Of a stretch of 64,000 nt of DNA, positions 1 through 6,244 are shown piece after piece (positions within the stretch are counted from its first letter, which is position 1; each line of letters opens with the position of its first letter). The notes below the pieces were generated by a model. The model saw only the letters and a program-made list of their open reading frames with translations. It was not told where the DNA came from and did not search any database. The translations under genes were made by a program, and so were the position numbers. The stretch is taken from contig JAHYIR010000003.1 in NCBI GenBank assembly GCA_019429305.1, positions 9,852-73,851 of the forward strand. The letters are read 5' to 3'. The stretch is from Candidatus Cloacimonadota bacterium (GTDB lineage Bacteria > Cloacimonadota > Cloacimonadia > Cloacimonadales > JAJBBL01).

Positions 1-414
1 GCTGAGCAGAACGTTGACCTCAACAATTTACAAAACATAGTGAAATTTGAAAAAGGTGATAGTTTTCAGGTTTTAACCGCATTTGCTGCAGAGGGGAGAA
101 AATTCGATCTGATAGTTCTTGATCCCCCAAAATTTGCAAAATCGAAGGGTGGAATATCTTCTGCCATCAAGGGTTATATCAGTCTGAACGATTTAGCAAT
201 CCGGTGTCTGAATCCTTCCGGCATTCTTTTAACCTGCAGCTGTTCAGGGAGGATAAACCTTGATCAGTTTGCTGAAATAATCAGATTAGCAGCAGTTAGT
301 AACAGAAGACACGTAAGATTGTTAGAAAAGAGGGGTGCTTCTCCGGATCATCCGGTGAGTTTGACTACTCCGGAAAGTACCTATCTGAAGTGTTTTATAT
401 GTCATATTCAATAA
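1..414 (+). CDS. C-terminal part of a class I SAM-dependent rRNA methyltransferase (RlmI/COG1092-like); 5' end lies outside the window
   Basis: The frame is open from base 1. It contains DLIVLDPPKFAKSK and the downstream GYISLN...LLTCSCS block typical of the RlmI-type methyltransferase C-terminus. Confidence 0.65.
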   Translation, partial: AEQNVDLNNLQNIVKFEKGDSFQVLTAFAAEGRKFDLIVLDPPKFAKSKGGISSAIKGYISLNDLAIRCLNPSGILLTCSCSGRINLDQFAEIIRLAAVSNRRHVRLLEKRGASPDHPVSLTTPESTYLKCFICHIQ

Positions 415-435
415 TATCTTTAAGGAGCTAAGATA

Positions 436-1041
436 ATGGAAGCAATAGCTTTCACCGACACGTTTGTCTTTGCCTATATTATTCTTCCCTTGATCATTTT
501 TCTTTCCAAGATATTAGACCAGACAATCGGAAGTATCAGGATCATCTTTGTTTCCAAGAGTATGAAATATCTGGCACCGATGTTAGCATTCTTTGAGGTT
601 CTACTCTGGTTGATCATAATGAAACAGATCGTTCAGAACCTGAACAATTATTACTACTATCTTGCCTATGCCGGAGGATTTGCCATGGGGAACTTTGTCG
701 GGATCAAGATCGAGGCGAAGATGGCGATGGGATTGGTGCAGATGAGAGTTATTCCTCAAAAAGATAGCAGTAAATTGGTAGGGTTCTTACGCAATGCCGG
801 ATATCGTTTTACTACTATAAAGGGGCATGGAGCTGAAGGACAGGTAGAGATCATATTTTCGGTTATCAAGAGAAAGAGCATTGAAGACTTCGTCTCAATT
901 ATCAAAGAATTTAATCCAAAAGCTTTTTATACCATTGAGGAGATAAAATTCGTCAGTGATACTGCCCCCGGTGGTCAGTTCTATAATCAAGATTTTACTC
1001 ATATGAAACGTCTCTTCAAGCAAACACGAAAAGGAAAGTAA
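436..1041 (+). CDS. UPF0316/DUF2179-family membrane protein
   Basis: Three N-terminal hydrophobic helices are followed by a soluble C-terminal domain (RFTTIKGHGAEGQVEIIFSVIKRK) resembling DUF2179. AAGGAG sits upstream of the ATG. Confidence 0.6.
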   Translation: MEAIAFTDTFVFAYIILPLIIFLSKILDQTIGSIRIIFVSKSMKYLAPMLAFFEVLLWLIIMKQIVQNLNNYYYYLAYAGGFAMGNFVGIKIEAKMAMGLVQMRVIPQKDSSKLVGFLRNAGYRFTTIKGHGAEGQVEIIFSVIKRKSIEDFVSIIKEFNPKAFYTIEEIKFVSDTAPGGQFYNQDFTHMKRLFKQTRKGK

Positions 1042-1073
1042 AATGTTTTTAACTATAAAATATTAAGGAGTTT

Positions 1074-2795
1074 ATGATGAAGATTACGGAAGAAAAGATC
1101 AGTCGAAGAAAGAGGAAATACTACTCTGAGGATTATAACGTAACCGACTGGAATGTAGTGGAGAAATCATTTCAAGAGTTATTGGAGATGGAGATCAATA
1201 GTGGTCAAGACTTAGTTAAATTGATGGAGCAGAGCAGCGAGTTGGCAATGATCATCTCGGAGAAGATAGCTAATCTCTATATAAAAATGACCCGTTATGC
1301 AGATCAACCGGAACATCAACAAAACTATAATCAATTTTATGCCTCAGTAGTAGCTAAAGCCCAGCCCTATAACAACAAACTTAACTTGAAGTTTTATGAA
1401 AGTCCCTATAAAAAGGAGCTTTCCGATGAAGAGTATGGACATCTGAAGAGAATGATAGCCAATGAGATTGAGATCTTCCGCGAAGAGAACGTACCTTTAA
1501 AAACGAAAGAGGTCGAACTGAGCAACAAATACGGAGAGATAAACTCCAAAATGACGGTGACTTATGACGGGAAAGAGCAGACTCTTGCGCAATTAGGCAA
1601 GTATCTTCTGGAGCCGGATAGAAAGGCGAGAGAGGAGGTCTGGCGGTTGCGTTATGAAAGAATGAACCAGGACAAAGAAGTGTTGGATGACCTGTTTGAC
1701 GAAATGCGTCACTTACGGGAACAACAGGCAAAGAATGCCGGATTTGATAATTATCGTGATTATAAACATAAAGAGATGGGACGTTTTGCCTATACACCGG
1801 AAGATATCCAACAGTTCCATTACTCTGTGGAAAAGGTTATCCTCCCCTATTTAAGAGAATTGACAGAAGAGCGAAGAGAGAAGCTAAATATTGAATCTGT
1901 TAGACCTTGGGATACGGCAGTCGATCTGGACGGGAAAATCCTGAAACCTTTTCAAACCACCGAAGAGTTTATCGGTAAAGGGATTAAAATCATGAATAAA
2001 GTCGATCCGGAATTTGCCATTAATCTTAATAAGATGGATAATACCGGACTACTTGATCTGGAAAACCGCAAAGGGAAAGCACCCGGTGGCTATAATTACC
2101 CCTTACACGAGATGGGAACCTCCTTTATTTTTATGAATGCTGTCGGTCTGCACAGGGATGTAGTCACTCTGCTGCATGAGTCGGGACATGCCATGCACTC
2201 TTTCGCTACTAACAAAATACCGATCATCCATTATCAGGATACTCCCAGTGAAGTAGCTGAGTTGGCGTCTATGGCTATGGAGATGATGACCATGGATTAT
2301 TGGACTGAATACTATCCTTCTGAAGAAGATTTCAACAAGGCGAAGCGTGATCAGATGCAAGGTACCCTTAAATTCTTGCCCTGGTGCATGATAGTAGATG
2401 CCTTCCAACAATGGATCTATACTAATCCGCAGCATACAAAACAGGAAAGAGCAGAATACTTTGCCAGTCTAATGGAGAGGTTTAATACAGGTGTCGATTG
2501 GCAGGGTTTGGAAGAGTTGAAAAAATATTCGTGGATGTTCCAGCTGCATATCTTTGAAGTTCCGTTCTATTATATCGAATATGGAATGGCACAGTTAGGT
2601 GCTCTTGCTGTTTATAAAAATTACCGAGAAAGAGGGAAAAAAGCGGTCGAAGACTATAAGAAATTCCTTGCTTTGGGATATACAAAACCGGTTGATCAAC
2701 TTTATGAAACTGCCGGCATCAATTTTGACTTCTCAGAAAGTAACCTTGAGGGGTTAATGAAATTTGTCCGGAAAGAATTAGAGGAAATCAAGTAA
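1074..2795 (+). CDS. pepF: M3B-family oligoendopeptidase (PepF-like)
   Basis: 573 aa with the HEXXH zinc motif LLHESGHAMH. AAGGAG RBS lies upstream. Size and layout fit oligoendopeptidase F. Confidence 0.85.
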   Translation: MMKITEEKISRRKRKYYSEDYNVTDWNVVEKSFQELLEMEINSGQDLVKLMEQSSELAMIISEKIANLYIKMTRYADQPEHQQNYNQFYASVVAKAQPYNNKLNLKFYESPYKKELSDEEYGHLKRMIANEIEIFREENVPLKTKEVELSNKYGEINSKMTVTYDGKEQTLAQLGKYLLEPDRKAREEVWRLRYERMNQDKEVLDDLFDEMRHLREQQAKNAGFDNYRDYKHKEMGRFAYTPEDIQQFHYSVEKVILPYLRELTEERREKLNIESVRPWDTAVDLDGKILKPFQTTEEFIGKGIKIMNKVDPEFAINLNKMDNTGLLDLENRKGKAPGGYNYPLHEMGTSFIFMNAVGLHRDVVTLLHESGHAMHSFATNKIPIIHYQDTPSEVAELASMAMEMMTMDYWTEYYPSEEDFNKAKRDQMQGTLKFLPWCMIVDAFQQWIYTNPQHTKQERAEYFASLMERFNTGVDWQGLEELKKYSWMFQLHIFEVPFYYIEYGMAQLGALAVYKNYRERGKKAVEDYKKFLALGYTKPVDQLYETAGINFDFSESNLEGLMKFVRKELEEIK

Positions 2796-2814
2796 TAATT
2801 TTGCGAGAATGAAG

Positions 2815-2842
2815 TTGACTTACGGAAAGCAAAAAATATATT
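2815..2842 (+). promoter_or_regulatory. Sigma70-like promoter candidate (TTGACT-16 nt-TATATT) upstream of the small membrane protein gene
   Basis: TTGACT is at 2815-2820 and TATATT at 2837-2842, about 28 nt upstream of the 2870 ATG. Confidence 0.35.
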
Positions 2843-2869
2843 TAATTTATAACAAGATAAGGAGTTATT

Positions 2870-3052
2870 ATGCTATATCAGTTTATATTCCCTTTAGGGC
2901 TGACTACCTTTGCCCTATTGTTAATTACAGTTCTTATGGGGGCTAGAGTGATCAAAGTAAAAGTTAAATACCATCGATTTTTTGGCATCTTAACGTTTAT
3001 CTTTGCGATATCCCATGGCTCTTTAGCTATATACTTCAAATTTTTCGGTTAA
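2870..3052 (+). CDS. Small two-helix membrane protein with conserved-looking His residues
   Basis: 60 aa with two hydrophobic helices, a His in KYHRFF and a His in AISHGS. AAGGAG RBS upstream. Confidence 0.5.
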   Translation: MLYQFIFPLGLTTFALLLITVLMGARVIKVKVKYHRFFGILTFIFAISHGSLAIYFKFFG

Positions 3053-3076
3053 ACTAAACCTTAGATGGAGGTTTTT

Positions 3077-3415
3077 ATGAAAAAAACCATTTTTCTTATG
3101 ATACTATTGCTTGGACTATCTTTTTTGATGGCACATCCACCGACTGAGATGAATATTACTTTTAATGAGGAAGAGTTGTTATTGACTATAGTTATCGAGC
3201 ATAATGTCAATAATCCGGGAAATCACTACATAGACCAGCTTACGATTCAACACGGAAGAAACGAGCTTGTAGTTCATAAAATGAGCAGGCAAGACGATAA
3301 TGATTCAGTTACTCTCGTTTATAGATTACCAGATGTACAATCAGGAATGAAACTTAATATAGTTGCCAGTTGTAATCGTATCGGCAGGCTTACCAGAGAA
3401 TTTGAGATAGAATAA
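3077..3415 (+). CDS. Exported small protein with by-eye similarity to the superoxide reductase (desulfoferrodoxin Fe-binding) fold
   Basis: GGAGG lies 6 nt upstream of the ATG at 3077 (the ORF track starts at 3065). Signal peptide MKKTIFLMILLLGLSFLMA. Blocks IEHNVNNPGNHYIDQL and KLNIVASCNRIG resemble the SOR blocks PHPNTTEHHIRYIEL and YCNIHGLW. Confidence 0.5.
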   Translation: MKKTIFLMILLLGLSFLMAHPPTEMNITFNEEELLLTIVIEHNVNNPGNHYIDQLTIQHGRNELVVHKMSRQDDNDSVTLVYRLPDVQSGMKLNIVASCNRIGRLTREFEIE

Positions 3416-3428
3416 CAACAATACGATA

Positions 3429-3983
3429 CTATTCTCTCTCTTTTTCAAGAACTGCTTCGACCGGGCATCCTTCAAAGTAGGTTGCATTGCCCTCTATGCA
3501 AATACCACATGAGATACACTTTTCCTGATCTATAACTGCAACTCCTCTGACCATCCTGATAGCTCCCACAGGGCAACTATTAATGCACAAACGGCAGGAA
3601 ATACAACGACGTGCTTCTACAGTATAAATCAACTCAGGTGAAAAAGAGACAATTATCGGATTTCTATCTGTTGATCTAAAACTCTGTTCACCGTCAACGG
3701 TCTTTATTTCATAAACAATAAAACCTTTCTCTGAGGGGTGGGCACTGAGAATATAATCCTCTTCCATATCAAGAGGGAAGGTTTGACTATCAACTAATTC
3801 ACCGGCAATAAGATAGAGCAGAATAGTCTCCTCTGCTGTTGTATAAGACACGATATTATCTTCAATTTCGATTTTTCCTGAAAGCTCCAGTGCTTCCGGT
3901 CTGATAGCATACGAAAAAGAGATGAAAACGCCGATCAAAATGATGGCAACAAACGAAGTTCTTAAGATTGAGTTTGAAATCAT
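3429..3983 (-). CDS. Membrane-anchored protein with a C-terminal 2x[4Fe-4S] ferredoxin domain
   Basis: N-terminal anchor helix, then two motifs: CISCRLCINSCP and CISCGICIEG...CP. Confidence 0.7.
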   Translation of the reverse strand: MISNSILRTSFVAIILIGVFISFSYAIRPEALELSGKIEIEDNIVSYTTAEETILLYLIAGELVDSQTFPLDMEEDYILSAHPSEKGFIVYEIKTVDGEQSFRSTDRNPIIVSFSPELIYTVEARRCISCRLCINSCPVGAIRMVRGVAVIDQEKCISCGICIEGNATYFEGCPVEAVLEKERE

Positions 3984-4034
3984 TCTGACTCCTTATTATT
4001 TTTATCAGCACAAAGAAAAATATACAGTTAGACC

Positions 4035-4096
4035 GAGTCAAATGTAAAAGACGTTATACTTTTTCCGATAACTGGATCTAGTCGGTAACAATTATT
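4035..4096. repeat. 62-bp direct repeat, copy A (att-like); pairs with 6183-6244
   Basis: gagtcaaatgtaaaagacGttatactttttccgataacTggaTctagtcggtaaCaatTatt differs from copy B at only 5 positions. Confidence 0.85.
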
Positions 4097-4166
4097 CTCG
4101 GTCATTTCTCCCGGCAGCACAGTAGTTCTTTCCGACGAACTACTGTATCTCCTAGTGTTAGGACGA

Positions 4167-4562
4167 TTAATTTGCGGTTTCTGATCGGCCACCTAAATAG
4201 AAAATGACACTGGAAAGGTTTGTTTTATCAACACGCCACTTAAGCATTGACCCACGATAGTATAGCGTAATATGCTGCTTATCATCCCCCTGCTTAACTA
4301 TATAAGTATTACCCCAAGTGTATAAAGTTGGTTTATCTTTAAAATAAAAAACGTCTTTAGTCATTCCCACATTGATACACAACTTATTACGATAAAGCTT
4401 TCGTATTTTTTCTTCTATCTCGGAGAATGACATGCTGCTAACTATTTGAACATGCCTCCATTGAAGATATCTGCGAAGATTTACAGGTCTCTTGAATACA
4501 TACCAATAAAGGCAACCTACCGATAGGACGGCAAAAATAATATGAATCAGAGACTGCTGCAT
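4167..4562 (-). CDS. Hypothetical protein with an N-terminal transmembrane anchor (island cargo)
   Basis: 131-aa ORF with the N-terminal helix IHIIFAVLSVGCLYWYVF. AAGGAG-like sequence upstream. I recognise no domain. Confidence 0.45.
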   Translation of the reverse strand: MQQSLIHIIFAVLSVGCLYWYVFKRPVNLRRYLQWRHVQIVSSMSFSEIEEKIRKLYRNKLCINVGMTKDVFYFKDKPTLYTWGNTYIVKQGDDKQHITLYYRGSMLKWRVDKTNLSSVIFYLGGRSETAN

Positions 4563-4595
4563 TATATACTCCTTAACTGTCCTTAACTGGATTAA

Positions 4596-5408
4596 TTATT
4601 CTTCTTCAGTATGTAATTCAGATGGTATCAAAAGAAAACTAATAATGTGTGCAAGTGCTCCCCCCCAACAAACAGTTAATATGTGGACGAGGACACTAGC
4701 AACAAAATTAATAGCATGCCACACTATATCCCGGATTTCTTGGTAAAACATCTTATATGCTTCCATCGTAATGATACCAATGATTTTGGGGTCTGCAGCA
4801 GCAATTGTATGACTAGATTGCATTGAGCTAATAGCTTCTGCAAAATCAAGGGCAATTTGAGGTACATCAAGTGATTTTGCCTTAATGATACCACGAAACT
4901 CCTGACTGTTGAATTTAATAAAAATATCAAATTCATGGATATTCCCATCAATAGCTGTTACAACAATATCTACATCATATTCCTTACTTTCAGGTCTTCT
5001 TATAGTTAAATATACTTTATTGTTATCGAACCATTCAGTTATAGTTAACTCAGTAGTCTCATTCTTTTTGAGATGACATAGCATCTTTTTTAAGTTCAAA
5101 TCATCAATAATCTCAAATAAAACAGATGCTGTCTCACCTGTTTTGCTTACAGCAGTAATGCTTTGCAAATCAGAAGCATAATATTTGACAACAACTTGTT
5201 CAATATCTCTAAATTGTTCGTCACGCCGATATAGTGGTTTTACAGGAAAACCCGGGCCTGCAATGAAAGAATGCCAAGGAGCTAAATTCTTAACCATTTC
5301 ATGCATGATTGGGTTGAAAACATTCATCTGTGACATATCCAAATACATCCTATTCTTTATATCTAATGCAATAAAAAAAACCTTTATTTTGTCAATGAAA
5401 AATATCAA
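4596..5408 (-). CDS. Hypothetical protein with a C-terminal hydrophobic segment (island cargo); start uncertain
   Basis: 270-aa ORF. Alternative Met codons lie 20-27 codons in. C-terminal helix region VASVLVHILTVCWGGALAHIISFLLI. I recognise no domain. Confidence 0.45.
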   Translation of the reverse strand: MIFFIDKIKVFFIALDIKNRMYLDMSQMNVFNPIMHEMVKNLAPWHSFIAGPGFPVKPLYRRDEQFRDIEQVVVKYYASDLQSITAVSKTGETASVLFEIIDDLNLKKMLCHLKKNETTELTITEWFDNNKVYLTIRRPESKEYDVDIVVTAIDGNIHEFDIFIKFNSQEFRGIIKAKSLDVPQIALDFAEAISSMQSSHTIAAADPKIIGIITMEAYKMFYQEIRDIVWHAINFVASVLVHILTVCWGGALAHIISFLLIPSELHTEEE

Positions 5409-5476
5409 AAACTAAAGCTAATATATGGATTATCGAGAAAAATATATTGAATTGGAGTCACGATAGACGATATACA

Positions 5477-6103
5477 ATGAGAGTGAGAAAGACTAAGCGT
5501 TACGCAATGATATATGCTGACTATTATGATTGGGAGCGAGTTCGGAGACAACCATCATTAGGTCTACAACTTACTGGATGTCTGAGAAAAGATGAAGAGA
5601 TTATAAGGACTTCGAAGAAGAAACTCCGAGATATAGAGAAATCGGATATACCGAGAGAAGTGAAACCTAATATAGAGCCTGAAATAGACTTCATCACATA
5701 TTTTCGGGAGACTATATCGAGGAAAACATCAGATCGAAACTATCGAACTACTCTAACCCTATTTCTGAAATTCAATAAATCTAAGTCATTACCTATTAAT
5801 AAGTTTGATAATTCGATATGTCAGGGGTTTCAGGATTATCTACTCAATCAGAAATTCTCTCGATCCACCGCTAATACCTATTTGAGGTGTTTCAGATATG
5901 TAATCAACAACGCCCTGAAACACGATATAATCACTCGAAATCCAGCAAGACATATAAGTTCTATTCGATTCGAAAAAAAAGGCATAGAATGTCTTACAAT
6001 CGTTGAAATAGAGAGATTGAACTCTACTCCATATGATTATCAAGAGCTGAAAGCTGGATTTATATCCGCTTGTTTTTCGGTTAAAAAGTGGAGCACTTTT
6101 TAG
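5477..6103 (+). pseudogene. Truncated Bacteroidota-type tyrosine integrase (arm-binding and SAM-like N-terminal domains only; catalytic domain missing)
   Basis: MRVRKTKRYAMIYADYY...LGLQL resembles the arm DNA-binding domain. FQDYLLNQKFSRSTANTYLRCFRYVINNALKHDIITRNP resembles the integrase SAM-like domain. The ORF stops right where the catalytic domain should begin (FISACFS...). Confidence 0.65.
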
Positions 6104-6133
6104 TACCGACATGGTGCACTTTTCAGTACCGCC
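6091..6133. repeat. Two tandem ~20-bp direct repeats at the integrase truncation point
   Basis: gagcactttttagtaccgac (6091-6110) and gtgcacttttcagtaccgcc (6114-6133) match at 17 of 20 positions. Confidence 0.7.
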
Positions 6134-6182
6134 GACAAATCCTTACGTTTAATCAGTAACTAAAGATTAATAACGCAAAAAT

Positions 6183-6244
6183 GAGTCAAATGTAAAAGAC
6201 TTTATACTTTTTCCGATAACCGGAACTAGTCGGTAATAATAATT
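6183..6244. repeat. 62-bp direct repeat, copy B (att-like); overlaps the stop-proximal 19 nt of the 6226-9159 CDS
   Basis: gagtcaaatgtaaaagacTttatactttttccgataacCggaActagtcggtaaTaatAatt. Confidence 0.85.

Larger units (their letters stand above)
4035..6244. mobile_element. Decayed integrated element: truncated tyrosine integrase plus two hypothetical membrane proteins, bounded by 62-bp direct repeats
   Basis: The direct repeats lie 2148 bp apart. Copy B overlaps the 3' end of the 6226-9159 CDS. An integrase fragment lies inside. Confidence 0.55.

Noticed and set aside
1381-2685. Antisense ORFs inside pepF, and similar nested antisense or off-frame ORFs inside ftsK, sppA, the Mo-enzyme genes, rnf genes, lon, glgP and others
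   Set aside because: Each lies wholly within a longer CDS that carries clear family motifs. None has an RBS or a recognisable domain. AT-rich genomes still produce such ORFs by chance.
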